Assembly: GCA_964606165.1 (NCBI GenBank) | Contig: CAZSFQ010000001.1 | Location: 6,905-70,904, forward strand | Direction: 5' to 3' | From: an uncultured Mageeibacillus sp. | Lineage (GTDB): Bacteria; Bacillota; Clostridia; Saccharofermentanales; DTU023 | DNA length: 64,000 nt | In this document: positions 10,526 to 20,251 of the stretch, one piece after another | Numbering within the stretch: position 1 is the first letter of the stretch | Layout of the letters: each line of letters starts with the position of its first letter | Notes under the pieces: generated by a model | Seen by the model: the letters and a program-made list of their open reading frames with translations, nothing else | Told to the model about the DNA's origin: nothing | The model's database searches: none | Made by a program: the position numbers and the translations under genes

Positions 10526-10758
10526 GAATCTGACGGCCCCGCCGACAATTCAACTTTTGAGGCCAAACCACGGCCCAGTGCGATTTTATTGCCCTTGATA
10601 CTGACAATGACTGGCCCCGCATCGTTCTTGATGATCTTGACCAGGGCTCCCGTATTAAAACCCATCTCATAAAGCCTCTTGGTCGCCTGCCGGCCGGCCC
10701 GGATGGCCTTAACCCTGCCCTGGTCACCCGCAGCCAGCGCTGTCAACCTGTCATTCAT
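10522..10758 (-). CDS. feoA: FeoA family protein
   Basis: A 78-aa SH3-like protein (GDQGRVKAI...RLYEMGF..GALV) whose stop overlaps the feoB start by 4 nt. Confidence 0.85.
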   Translation of the reverse strand: MNDRLTALAAGDQGRVKAIRAGRQATKRLYEMGFNTGALVKIIKNDAGPVIVSIKGNKIALGRGLASKVELSAGPSDS

Positions 10759-10787
10759 TTTATTTTCCTCTATGTCTTTCAGATGAA

Positions 10788-10827
10788 GTGAGTTAGTATT
10801 GCCTAACTCACGATTAGTTTACACTAA
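10788..10827. promoter_or_regulatory. two adjacent palindromic operator candidates (GTTAG-N6-CTAAC type) upstream of feoA
   Basis: GTGAGTTAGtattgcCTAACTCAC is a perfect 9+9 inverted repeat at 10788-10811. ATTAGtttacaCTAAC lies at 10813-10828. Confidence 0.55.
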
Positions 10828-10901
10828 CTGTTCACTTTTGTCCGCTTGTTAAGATGACTATAAATTGATTTCATTTTTTCCCTCTGTTATGGTTAATATA
10901 G

Positions 10902-10915
10902 TTAGGCAAGTCTAA
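10902..10915. promoter_or_regulatory. third operator candidate, immediately upstream of the RBS of the DtxR-family gene
   Basis: GTTAGgcaagtCTAAC sits about 16 nt before the ATG at 10931. Confidence 0.5.
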
Positions 10916-10930
10916 CCAAGGAGTGCAAAG

Positions 10931-11314
10931 ATGTCAGTCGGCGAAACAATTGAAAATTATCTGGAGACCCTTCATATCCTCCTCCAGGACCAGAAGAAAG
11001 TCCGGTCCGTCGACCTTGCCAACGCCATGAATTTCTCCAAGCCCACCATCAGCGTCATGATGAAACAGTTAAGGGAGAAAAACCTGATCGCCATGGACCG
11101 CTCCGGCTACCTCTCCCTGACCCCGGAGGGCCTGGCCATCGCCGAACGCGTCTATGAGCGCCACGTCTATCTGACCGATCTTCTGATCCGCCTGGGAGTC
11201 AATGAGGAAACGGCAGCCGAAGATGCCTGCAAGATTGAGCATGTGATCAGCAGGGAGACTTTCGAGAAAATCCGGGACTTTTTCGATCAGGAAGAGGAGC
11301 CCGGCCCTTCATAA
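10931..11314 (+). CDS. DtxR/MntR-family metal-dependent transcriptional regulator (no SH3-like domain)
   Basis: IENYLETLHIL...VRSVDLANAMNFSKPTISVMMKQL...GLAIAERVYERHVYL matches the DtxR N-terminal HTH plus dimerisation pattern. It is divergent from feoABC. Confidence 0.85.
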   Translation: MSVGETIENYLETLHILLQDQKKVRSVDLANAMNFSKPTISVMMKQLREKNLIAMDRSGYLSLTPEGLAIAERVYERHVYLTDLLIRLGVNEETAAEDACKIEHVISRETFEKIRDFFDQEEEPGPS

Positions 11315-11506
11315 GGGGACTTGCTGCCGCTATCTTTTCGTCAGCCTTTTTTTGCCAAAATTGATCCGCGGCTTCTTATCCTGGAATTTAAAGGCAACCA
11401 TTGGCGCAACAAGTCAAAATCCATTTGATTTCCTCTTCCAGTTGAGGGAACTCTTCTTTGACAAAGAGAGGGTATTCCCTTAACAAAAGGGTGTTTCCTT
11501 AACAAA

Positions 11507-12103
11507 TCAGAAAGGATCGAGTGATTTTCCCCTGATCTTGTCTAATAGGGCATGGATCATGGCGATTGGCAGGTAGAGCAGGATCAGGAAGATAATTGAA
11601 AGCTCGTAGAGCAGGTTCGTCTTCCCGGATGGTTTTCCTCTGAAGCGATCACGGATTGCGCTGACGGCCATGCCATAAATGTTGCCCACCTGCATCATCC
11701 GTGTCATGGACAGGATGACCATGGCACGCTCCTGACCGTATTCACCAACCAGCCGTTGCCATGACTCTTTTGATGACTTTCCTTTTTGATCCGCGTAATG
11801 CTGGGCAAACAGAATGCCCACAAGTTCATCCTCAGGAATATTTTCCAGCTCTCCACCCAGGATGGCGCTGACTTCTTCCGGGCTCATCCCCTCCTCCAGG
11901 GCAAATTTGGTGTGCATATAGGAACAGGCTTCACAACCATTGACTTCAGTAACGGCCAGCATGATTCTTTCTTTGAATTGAGGGCTTACAAGTTTTTTCC
12001 TGCGATTGACCCTTATGTATTTAAGGCTTCTGAAAAGGAGCACAAGGGACTTGTAAAAGTCGCAATGACTGTATATTTTCCTGTAATACTTCTCTTCACC
12101 CAT
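11507..12103 (-). CDS. carboxymuconolactone decarboxylase (AhpD-like) family protein
   Basis: VTEVNGCEACSYMHTK is a CxxC..H motif typical of the CMD/AhpD fold. Confidence 0.55.
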   Translation of the reverse strand: MGEEKYYRKIYSHCDFYKSLVLLFRSLKYIRVNRRKKLVSPQFKERIMLAVTEVNGCEACSYMHTKFALEEGMSPEEVSAILGGELENIPEDELVGILFAQHYADQKGKSSKESWQRLVGEYGQERAMVILSMTRMMQVGNIYGMAVSAIRDRFRGKPSGKTNLLYELSIIFLILLYLPIAMIHALLDKIRGKSLDPF

Positions 12104-12114
12104 AAGGTCACTCT

Positions 12115-13146
12115 CTAGTAGCGGTTGTGGACATCCTCCGCGAAACAGAGCAAATCACGGATCTCCAGGACCCTGCCATCGTCCAGGACCGCCTGTCCCT
12201 CCATCCGCCCGAAGACCTGATGCTGTTCGGTTGCGATCACCAGGGCATTGGTGCGGGCGTAGCGGTCCATGATGGGCTGGAAGGCCATCTCAAAGCGGCC
12301 GTCACTTGAGCTGAAGCGCCAGGGTTCCATGTAATTGTCGGGATTGAAATGAAAGGTCACATCGTCCAGCTTGTGGCTTTTTCCCTCATAAAAGAGCATG
12401 TTCTCGGAAGCAGCCCGGGTGTCGCCAAAGCCATAACCGATGTTGAAGCCGAAAGCCTTGCCGTCGATCCGCTGATTGCCCGAACCCCAGAACCAGCGGT
12501 TGTTGTAAGTCCAGACCCCCCGCCCCCAATCGAGGGTGCCAAAGTCGGTTTTGGGATCAAAGTCGTAGTTTTGTCCGTCGAAGGTCATCCGGCCGCTGGC
12601 AGGCATGCAGTTGATCTTCTGATTGTAGTAGAAGGCCGTCTTCTTTTCTGCCCAGGGGGTGGCGATCACCATGCTGTCCATCTGCGGCTGGTCAAGTTCC
12701 AGCTCACAGGTAAAGTCCTTACCCTGGTAGAAACGCTTGAAGTGACAGGAAATCCGGCGCGTCCCCTCTTCCGCAACAAACTGCATCTTCAGTCTTTTAT
12801 CCTCATAGCGGATGACCCCTGGCGACGAATCGGAGGGGAAGTTCATGCTGCCGAAGGGAAAGGGGTGGATGATGGATTCCGTATGCTCCCAGCCCTCCTT
12901 GAAATTAAGCAGGGAGACAGACTGCAAGCCGATGTAGCCGATATCCGACAGGGTGAAGGCGCCGGCGAAGTCTTCATTGAGGATCAGGTAGTAGTCCCAC
13001 TCCTTGATCCGCCATTTTGACGCCTTGATCTTCTTGCGCTCATAGAGCTGAATCAGGTCGCTGGACCAGCCCGGCTCCCGCAAAGAGCCATCATCTTTCA
13101 GAAGCGGCAGACGGTCCCTGACTTCATGGTTGCGTTGACTGGCCAT
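12115..13146 (-). CDS. DUF2804-like protein
   Basis: The size (343 aa) and the WRIKEWDYYLILNEDF... pattern match my recollection of DUF2804. Function is unknown. Confidence 0.55.
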   Translation of the reverse strand: MASQRNHEVRDRLPLLKDDGSLREPGWSSDLIQLYERKKIKASKWRIKEWDYYLILNEDFAGAFTLSDIGYIGLQSVSLLNFKEGWEHTESIIHPFPFGSMNFPSDSSPGVIRYEDKRLKMQFVAEEGTRRISCHFKRFYQGKDFTCELELDQPQMDSMVIATPWAEKKTAFYYNQKINCMPASGRMTFDGQNYDFDPKTDFGTLDWGRGVWTYNNRWFWGSGNQRIDGKAFGFNIGYGFGDTRAASENMLFYEGKSHKLDDVTFHFNPDNYMEPWRFSSSDGRFEMAFQPIMDRYARTNALVIATEQHQVFGRMEGQAVLDDGRVLEIRDLLCFAEDVHNRY

Positions 13147-13544
13147 AAGCGGTTCCCCCTTTATTGGCTATGCTGACTACAGTGTAGCAAAGCGGCGGAC
13201 TGGGGCAACTTCCTTCACATCAATGATTTGCTTTGGATCAAATGTTGAGGAATCGAAGCCTCATAAGGCCGCTGCACACACAAGGGCCACATTGCAACCC
13301 GTATTCTTCAGTGAGGTCCGTTCCATTGATTGCATCCTCGTTTTGTGATAGGATAAATTAACCTCACAGGTTAATAATACTGAGGTGATTCATTGCTGAT
13401 CCAATACAAAAACCGGCAGATACAGCGCGTCTGTACCGTGGCCTCCGTGGCAGAGAGGAAGCATGGGAAAAGTTCAGATCGCCTGCATTTTAATGATCGA
13501 AGATTATCACTAGCAATTACCTGCGAATGAAGGGAGGAAAACAC

Positions 13545-14600
13545 ATGATCAGGAGCCGCAACATTGTCGCGACACCGCCTGGCGCCACAATCAAGGAGCA
13601 GCTCATTGGCAGAGACATGAGCCAGAAGGAGTTTGCTGCCCGAATGGATATGTCTGAAAAGCATATCAGCAGACTGATTAGGGGCCGAGTGCAGTTGACC
13701 CCTGAAGTGGCCTTGCGCCTGGAAATGGTTTTGGGGATTCCTGCCAATTTTTGGAACAGCTTGGAAGCCATCTACCGTGAAAAGCTTGTGAAAGTGAATG
13801 CGGAGAATTTAATGGATGCAGATATCCAACTGACCAGAAAGCTGCCTTACAACGAAATGGCCAAGAAAAATTGGGTGCCGGAAACGAGAAAGGCACAAGA
13901 AAGAGTCATAAACCTCCGGAAGTTTTTTGAAGTCGCGCATCTTGGCCTGCTTGGGCAGGAAACACTCATCCCCCATGTTGCCTGTAGACGGCTGATGTTG
14001 ACGGAAAGAAGCAGCTACATGCTGATTGCATGGATACAAAAGGCCAGGCTTGAAGCGAGAGAGAAGGAGACAAAGCCTCTTGATTTAAAGAGCTTGGAAG
14101 CAGCAATACCTGAAATCAGGGCAATGACCCGAATGCATCCGGAAGATTTTCAGCCCAGACTATCAAAACTGTTTGCCGACTGCGGCGTTGCGATTGTATT
14201 TCTGCCTCACTTTGACGGATCCTTCCTCCACGGAGCAAGCTTCACAGATGGAAAAAAAATCGTTGTCGGATTAACGGTCCGGGGCAAGGACGCCGACAAA
14301 TTCTGGTTCAGTCTCTTCCACGAGATCGCTCACATCCTGCATGGTGACATGAGCAAGGTGAACGGTACAGAAGACGATGATGAAAACAAGGCAGATGCTT
14401 TTGCCAGGCGTGTACTGATTCCTGATGAGCTGTTCAAGGACTTTGTCGACGAAAAGAACTTCGACCGGGAATCGATTATCTGGTTTGCTGAAAGACTGGG
14501 GATCGATGCGGGCATCGTCGTGGGCCGACTGCAAAAAGAAGGCTACCTTAAATACAGCCAGCATCACGACCTCAAGACCAGATATGCAATTCTGATATAG
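13545..14600 (+). CDS. fused XRE HTH / ImmA-IrrE family metallopeptidase
   Basis: The N-terminal HTH is GRDMSQKEFAARMDMSEKHISRLIRGR. The C-terminal HEIAHILHGD is an HExxH zinc motif of COG2856/ImmA type. The start is at the ATG after a GGGAGG RBS. Confidence 0.75.
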   Translation: MIRSRNIVATPPGATIKEQLIGRDMSQKEFAARMDMSEKHISRLIRGRVQLTPEVALRLEMVLGIPANFWNSLEAIYREKLVKVNAENLMDADIQLTRKLPYNEMAKKNWVPETRKAQERVINLRKFFEVAHLGLLGQETLIPHVACRRLMLTERSSYMLIAWIQKARLEAREKETKPLDLKSLEAAIPEIRAMTRMHPEDFQPRLSKLFADCGVAIVFLPHFDGSFLHGASFTDGKKIVVGLTVRGKDADKFWFSLFHEIAHILHGDMSKVNGTEDDDENKADAFARRVLIPDELFKDFVDEKNFDRESIIWFAERLGIDAGIVVGRLQKEGYLKYSQHHDLKTRYAILI

Positions 14601-14878
14601 GGAAAAGCTCAAGCAGGACGGTTACCCTGGGGTTTATGAGCTAGCGGCAAGCTGGCTGAGGGCGACGTATCCACAAGGGATCGCACTTCATCGCAATAGC
14701 TGTCCCATCTCTCCTTGAATACCTTTGGGCCAACGATGCTTGAACGGCGTCAAGCACAGGAGGAATCCCTTTCTTGCCGGAACCGGACAAAAGGTTACAA
14801 TAATAGGCGTGTACACATTGAAACTGAGCGAGAAGACTGGCGCTTTTTGCTCGTATTTGATACTGGCGGGAGATTGAA

Positions 14879-15892
14879 ATGACAGACACGGTAAAACATG
14901 GGCTGGCGCCCTGGTCGGAGGACGGAGGCATCCGGACGGTAGGAGTTCTTACCAGTGGTGGTGACGCCCCGGGCATGAACGCGGCCATTCGCGCCGTGGT
15001 GCGTGCGGGCTTGCACGAAGGCTACCGGATGCTGGGCTGCCGCCGCGGCTTTCATGGTCTGTGGCGCGGCGACATGGTCGAACTGGACGGCCGTTCCGTG
15101 TCAGGGCGATTGCAGCACGGGGGGACCTTTCTGATGACCGCGCGCAGCCAGTCCTTTAACACGCCCGAAGGGGTGGAAAAGGCCTTTGAAATGAGCAGGG
15201 TCTTCTGCATGGACGCCCTGGTCGTGATTGGTGGCGACGGTTCCCTTCGCGGAGCCCTGGATCTTTCGCGGATGGGTCTTCCTGTCATCGGTATACCGAG
15301 CACCATTGACAATGACGTCGGCTGTTCGGAGTACTCGATCGGCTATGACACCGCACTGAACACGGCCATGAGGGCCATTGACAAACTGCGCGATACGGCC
15401 ACATCGCATGAGCGCTGCAGCTGCATCGAGGTCATGGGCAGGCGCGCTGGTTATATCGCGCTGAATGTGGGCGTGTCCTGCGGGGCAGAAGTCATATTGA
15501 TTCCCGAAGTGGAGATGGATTTCGACAGAGATGTGGCGCGCCGTTTGCTGGAATGCCACAACAGCGGCAAGTCTCATTATATTGTGGTTGTCGCGGAAGG
15601 CGCCGGCGACACAGTCGAAATCAGTAACCGGATTGAGGCCCAGACCGGCATCGAATCCCGGGTAACCATCCTTGGCCACTTGCAGCGGGGAGGCAGCCCT
15701 TCTCCGCGCGACCGCATGATGGCAAGTCAGATGGGGACCCTGGCCATTAAGAGCCTTGTTTCCGGCGACTATGGACATGTGGTGTCCTATCGGCAGGGCC
15801 GGGTGATCACCATCGAGATCGAAGAAGCCTTGCGGATGACCAAAACCATCTCCCGGGAGGAAATAGATAACGCTTACCAGATTGCTATCTGA
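14879..15892 (+). CDS. pfkA: ATP-dependent 6-phosphofructokinase
   Basis: Canonical PfkA motifs: GVLTSGGDAPGMNAAIRAVV, IGGDGS, PSTIDND, MGR and GHLQRGG. Confidence 0.9.
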   Translation: MTDTVKHGLAPWSEDGGIRTVGVLTSGGDAPGMNAAIRAVVRAGLHEGYRMLGCRRGFHGLWRGDMVELDGRSVSGRLQHGGTFLMTARSQSFNTPEGVEKAFEMSRVFCMDALVVIGGDGSLRGALDLSRMGLPVIGIPSTIDNDVGCSEYSIGYDTALNTAMRAIDKLRDTATSHERCSCIEVMGRRAGYIALNVGVSCGAEVILIPEVEMDFDRDVARRLLECHNSGKSHYIVVVAEGAGDTVEISNRIEAQTGIESRVTILGHLQRGGSPSPRDRMMASQMGTLAIKSLVSGDYGHVVSYRQGRVITIEIEEALRMTKTISREEIDNAYQIAI

Positions 15893-15949
15893 TCCTGCGG
15901 TCTGTCAGAAAGATTTGACTTGTTCTGATCTTTCAGGCGCGGATGGCAT

Positions 15950-16456
15950 TCATCTTTCCAGAACCATTCGGAGTTCGGTGCCAAATGCCTTGGTTCTTTC
16001 CGTTTTGTCAAACTGGAAACCATAGCGGAGGTAAAAACGAATCGCCTTTTCATTCCCTTTGAGCACCCAAAGGATCACCTCTCGCTTGTCCGCAAGCAGT
16101 TCCATGGTGGCCTTCATAAGCTGGAGGCCAAGTCCCCGCCCCTGATACTTTTCAAGGACATAGATCGCGATGACTTCGCCGGTCTTGCCGGGACCGGAGC
16201 CATCGCTTTCACCAAAGCAGGAAAAGCCAATGACCTGGCCGCCTTCTTTCAGAACAAGGGTATTCTGCGGCCAGCTGTGGGCCCAGGATACGGTTTGCTC
16301 GAGCGTCAGCGTATCCACGTATTGCGGAGGCATTAAGCCTGAATAGGTTTCCTGCCAGGACTTCCAATGAACATAACCCTTGCCGTCCATTTCTTCATCT
16401 GTTTTCATGGGTACGATTTTAATGAGATCTGTCATGGCCTTATCCTGAAAATTCAA
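15950..16456 (-). CDS. GNAT family N-acetyltransferase
   Basis: YQGRGLGLQLM acetyl-CoA binding motif (Q/RxxGxG/A) and an A-I-RFY-GF tail. Confidence 0.8.
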   Translation of the reverse strand: MNFQDKAMTDLIKIVPMKTDEEMDGKGYVHWKSWQETYSGLMPPQYVDTLTLEQTVSWAHSWPQNTLVLKEGGQVIGFSCFGESDGSGPGKTGEVIAIYVLEKYQGRGLGLQLMKATMELLADKREVILWVLKGNEKAIRFYLRYGFQFDKTERTKAFGTELRMVLER

Positions 16457-16523
16457 CGTCCATGCGCTTCTATGGCAATATTACTTCAGAAATCGGGCGG
16501 AATCAAAAGATGCTTCTCTTAAA

Positions 16524-17252
16524 TCAAAAATTGAAACAGAAGGGATTTTCGATTTTGCTTTCAGGGAAAACTTGACTGGCGGACCTGTACATGGCCTTGG
16601 CGTGGATGGCATCATGCCAGATAAAACGTCTCAGCACTTTTCTCAAAGACCACAGTTCACCATCGCTGCCCTTGCAAACTGTGTTGAGCAAGTAACCGGC
16701 TCTGCTCTCAAGCTCAAGAAAACCTTCCTTCCGACCCAGGAAAATGTCTTCATTTTGGGGGAGGGGAATGCCAATTTCGCCAAAATAATAGTGATTAACG
16801 TTTTTTGTATGCCGGTACATGGCCGAAGCTGTCGCAGGAAGCTCCCCGTAGAAGGTCTTGCGCGATTCCTTGATCTGACGGTCCTTGTCGGGGACGGAGG
16901 AATAAAGCGACAAAATATCCTGCGCTGACTTCAGGACCAGGGCTTTCAATGCTCCATACTCCCTGGCTGACAAAGGTAATTTCTCTGAATCAAAGAGGAT
17001 GTCGCTGTCTGCGTCCTCTATGGCAAGCTCACTTTGTTTGCTCCGGGTGATTTTATAGTGAAAGACGGCATCGGGACGCAGGTCCTCCCCGCTCCACTGA
17101 AGGTAACGGGCATGCTCAGCGGGAATTTTGCCAAGGGCTTGATCCAGGCTTTCCCCCCGCGTAAAGGCGCCGGGGAAATCTTCAAGATGTAGGAGATGAC
17201 CCCTGCTGTTGTATTCATGCACAAGCCCAAGGACTGGATTCCTGTCATTCAT
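16524..17252 (-). CDS. hypothetical protein (possibly DinB-like helical bundle at the C-terminus)
   Basis: 242-aa ORF. The His-containing helices (YRHTKNVNHYY, WHDAIHAKAMY) are only suggestive. Confidence 0.4.
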   Translation of the reverse strand: MNDRNPVLGLVHEYNSRGHLLHLEDFPGAFTRGESLDQALGKIPAEHARYLQWSGEDLRPDAVFHYKITRSKQSELAIEDADSDILFDSEKLPLSAREYGALKALVLKSAQDILSLYSSVPDKDRQIKESRKTFYGELPATASAMYRHTKNVNHYYFGEIGIPLPQNEDIFLGRKEGFLELESRAGYLLNTVCKGSDGELWSLRKVLRRFIWHDAIHAKAMYRSASQVFPESKIENPFCFNF

Positions 17253-17318
17253 GCTTCACCCTCCTTTATCTTTCGTCGTTGACCAGGACCAGCCTGCCCT
17301 GATTGCTGCGCGGCAATT

Positions 17319-18596
17319 CTATGGTGGACCCAGTGACCAGTGATTCATATCCCGCAGTGGCTCTTCCATCATGCTTTCAAAGCAAGGGGTGAAAAATGCG
17401 TCAGGAAGCTTTTCCTGCCACAAACTAAGCCCCGGACCAAGATCTGTCAGGGTGCCGGAAAAATAACGGCGGTTAACGTCAACAGCGAAATCCTTCAACT
17501 CTTCCTTATCTTCCTGACTGATCTTGTAAGACTCCAGCACATCCAGTACCTGGGATTCTGTGGTTTGATCGAAAAAGTTCATGGCATAGTCCGAAAAACG
17601 GAGCAAATTTCCGTCTGTTATTCCCTTTTCGGCAGCCCATGCCGGCACATCAACCGGGATGGTTTGATAGGACATGGACCGGTCCGGGGCAATATCCAAA
17701 AGACCATATTGGTTGGGCGTGACCGCCAGGCATGAGGTGACAATATCGGTGATGCCGTCCAATTGCTTAATATGCTGCATATGCATGTGACCGCTGAAAT
17801 GCAGCTTGACCCCGTATTCCCTGTACAACTCAATAAGTTCTTCCGCGCCTATAATCTGATATCCGAACGGAAACCGCTTGTTGTGAAGAAGCAAATTCTG
17901 ATGGCTGACCCCGATGACAGTGGCTTTCGACTTCCTGGCCTTCCGAAGCTGGTCCTTAACCCATGAAAGAGTCTGTGCGGAGATGAAGCCCTTGGCTCCA
18001 TAACCGTTGACATCAATCATTAAAATCCAAAGATCCTCCGACAACTTGACGGCATAGCTAAGTGATGAATCATCCTTTGAAAACGCCTGCTGCCGCCCCA
18101 TACTCTGATAGATTTCAGCGAAGTCATCACTGGATATTCCGTCGATTGCCGTCACATCATCGTCTGAAAAACGGTAGGCGACACCATCCACATCATGATT
18201 CCCCGGCATTAGGAATAAGCCAATGCCGGCCTCCTCTATGGGCCGCAGGAGCTCCACAAGCTCCCTGTGACTTTCTTCGTCTCCATTCAGGGTCAGATCG
18301 CCGCTCAGGATGACGGCATCCGGCGGAGCTTTTAAAATCTGCGAAACAAAAGCCTGGACGATCTCCGGTGTATAGTGGGTGACCTTGCCATCCGACTGTT
18401 CGATGATGGCCATGAAGCGCTCTCCATAATCTGTCATTTCCGGTGAAAGATAGTGCAGATCGCTGGCAAACACAAGGGATAAGGCCTCGGACCGATTCTG
18501 GTCTGCCGCTTGAGAGTCCCTGATGCCGGCACAGCCGGACAGGAAGATCAGGACGGCTGTGACTGCCGCGACAAATGAAGCTTTTCGTCTGCTCAT
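17319..18596 (-). CDS. metallophosphoesterase lipoprotein
   Basis: Contains SDLHY, GDLTLNGD, PGNHD and GHMHMQH motifs. The start is placed at the internal ATG, which gives the lipoprotein signal MSRRKASFVAAVTAVLIFLSGC. Confidence 0.75.
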   Translation of the reverse strand: MSRRKASFVAAVTAVLIFLSGCAGIRDSQAADQNRSEALSLVFASDLHYLSPEMTDYGERFMAIIEQSDGKVTHYTPEIVQAFVSQILKAPPDAVILSGDLTLNGDEESHRELVELLRPIEEAGIGLFLMPGNHDVDGVAYRFSDDDVTAIDGISSDDFAEIYQSMGRQQAFSKDDSSLSYAVKLSEDLWILMIDVNGYGAKGFISAQTLSWVKDQLRKARKSKATVIGVSHQNLLLHNKRFPFGYQIIGAEELIELYREYGVKLHFSGHMHMQHIKQLDGITDIVTSCLAVTPNQYGLLDIAPDRSMSYQTIPVDVPAWAAEKGITDGNLLRFSDYAMNFFDQTTESQVLDVLESYKISQEDKEELKDFAVDVNRRYFSGTLTDLGPGLSLWQEKLPDAFFTPCFESMMEEPLRDMNHWSLGPP

Positions 18597-18624
18597 GATT
18601 CCTAATGCCCGGGCAAGTCTTTGC

Positions 18625-19059
18625 CTATAACTTCCACACGTCAATTCCTGCTTTTTCGTCAAAGACTCTGCCGATCTTTTCTTCCGCCGGCCTTATTACA
18701 ATTTCGCCGGTATAGCTGATCGCCGCCTTTTCCAAATGGCCTGCCACAAGAGCCATCTCCCCGCTGTCTTCCAGGTAGGAAAAAATGGCGTGACTGTGGG
18801 TAAAGGGCTCTCCCTTCCGGTCGGTGGACACATTTCCCATCAGGGAAACCATTTCCAACATGCCCGTCAGTGTATGGTGAATAAAATCCTCTTTCTCCGG
18901 AATCCAGGTAGATAAAATAACCTTGTCACAGGCGCCGATCCCGTGAAAATAACCGGCCCCCACCCCTTCTTTCTTGCAAACTGCTTCGATCGTCTCCAGG
19001 ACTTCCTCGCCCTTGTCAATCCGAAGGTAGATGGTATCCTTCTCTTTTCTGTAATCCAT
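18625..19059 (-). CDS. PPC (DUF296) domain DNA-binding protein
   Basis: The size and the ...GIGACDKVILS...LEMVSLMGNVS...HSHAIF... pattern match the PPC/DUF296 family. Confidence 0.65.
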   Translation of the reverse strand: MDYRKEKDTIYLRIDKGEEVLETIEAVCKKEGVGAGYFHGIGACDKVILSTWIPEKEDFIHHTLTGMLEMVSLMGNVSTDRKGEPFTHSHAIFSYLEDSGEMALVAGHLEKAAISYTGEIVIRPAEEKIGRVFDEKAGIDVWKL

Positions 19060-19086
19060 TTCCTACTCCCTTGCAGCTATGAAATC

Positions 19087-19740
19087 TTAAATCTCAACAA
19101 CAATCTTGCCGTCTGCCCTGCCTGTATCCAGCGCCATGCATGCCTTCCGGATGTCTGAAAAGGCGAAGGCGGCTCCCAAACGCGGTTCCAGCCAATGCTG
19201 TTTCAAAAAATTGAAAATGGCGTCCATTGCCTCCTGTGGGATAATTGCCGAAAAATCCCATCAGGCATACGCCATTTGGATCTCCTTGATGGGGTCAAAA
19301 CCGTCCAGAACACAGACACCTCCCAACACCCCCGTGTTGCAGACAATTGCTCCCGGCTCAACCGCTTTCAGGGTATCCCTCAGGGTTTTCGACCCCACCA
19401 GCTCTGGAGCCTTTGTCACACCTGTCAGTATACCGGTAAGATTTCCAGTGTCCAGGATTGCCTGATCGGCTTCCGCGATCGAGGGCAGTTCCGCTTCCCG
19501 ATGGGTGGCAGCCATGATTTTGCAACCCAGCGCCCTGGCCAGTTGGATGGCGGCATAACCCCATGCGCAGGATGCGCCCCGGACCAGGAGCGTATCCTCC
19601 GGGCCAAGCCGCAGGTTTTCAAACAAAGAAAGCAGGGTTGCCGAGTATGGAGGCCGATCATTAGCGCCATGGCAGAATGGGGAGACAACTACAAGGCGAG
19701 TTTTGAAACAGAGTAATTCATACTGAGGCTTTCCTTTCAA
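19087..19740 (-). pseudogene. decayed zinc-type/quinone oxidoreductase (MDR family): 5'-truncated and interrupted by an in-frame TGA
   Basis: The ORF carries the Rossmann part LLVRGASCAWGYAAIQLARALGCKI and stops at TGA (19261-19263). The same frame continues WDFSAIIPQEAMDAIFNFLKQHWLEPRLGAAFAFSDIRKACMALDTGRADGKIVVEI to a TAA at 19087. There is no GroES-like N-terminal domain upstream. Confidence 0.6.
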
Positions 19741-19932
19741 GGGTTTCTTCCGTTTCGATCATTACCGATGAAGGGAATACTTGACAAAAGCCCGTGCTTG
19801 CAGTCTACTTAGTGAGTATTCAATATAATTATTCTCTTTCCCACATTATGCGAATCGTCGAATGTCGGTAATTGGTTGAAAATTGTATGTTTTTATATTG
19901 GATACGCAATACTAATTGAAGGGGGCACCCAA

Positions 19933-20142
19933 ATGAATAGTGGGACAGTCAAGTGGTTCAACCATGAGAAAGGCTACGGATTCATCGCCAACGATGACGG
20001 CGGGGATGATCTGTTTGTACATTTTTCAGCGATCGAATCTGACGGTTACAAGACGCTTACCGAGGGACAGAAGGTCACTTTTGATACCGAAACAGATCCT
20101 AAGAACAATAAGCTGAGAGCAACTAATGTTCGTTTAGCGTAA
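19933..20142 (+). CDS. csp: cold-shock protein (CspA family)
   Basis: [18 protein letters not shown]...DLFVHFSAI carries the RNP1/RNP2 motifs. The start is the internal ATG after a GAAGGGGG RBS. Confidence 0.9.
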   Translation: MNSGTVKWFNHEKGYGFIANDDGGDDLFVHFSAIESDGYKTLTEGQKVTFDTETDPKNNKLRATNVRLA

Positions 20143-20204
20143 AGACGATTTTGGCATACCGCATAAGCGGTTCTTTGTTCGAAAACAGTTGATACCAAAC
20201 ATCG

Positions 20205-20251
20205 AAGAGGACTATGCCGTTCAGGAACGAACCGCAAAAGTCCTCTTTTTC
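20205..20251 (+). terminator. rho-independent terminator of csp
   Basis: A 9-bp stem AAGAGGACT/AGTCCTCTT followed by TTTTC. Confidence 0.55.

Noticed and set aside
10788-10811. Calling the feo-region palindrome a canonical DtxR/IdeR box.
   Set aside because: The half-sites are similar, but the spacer is 6 nt rather than the single central base of the 19-bp IdeR consensus. It is therefore reported only as a variant operator candidate.
13200-13526. A possible HigB/RelE-like toxin ORF upstream of the HTH-ImmA gene.
   Set aside because: The only plus-strand ORF there is about 40 codons and bears no resemblance to RelE/HigB motifs. The minus-strand ORFs (13371-13664, 13517-13771) lack an RBS and overlap the real gene.
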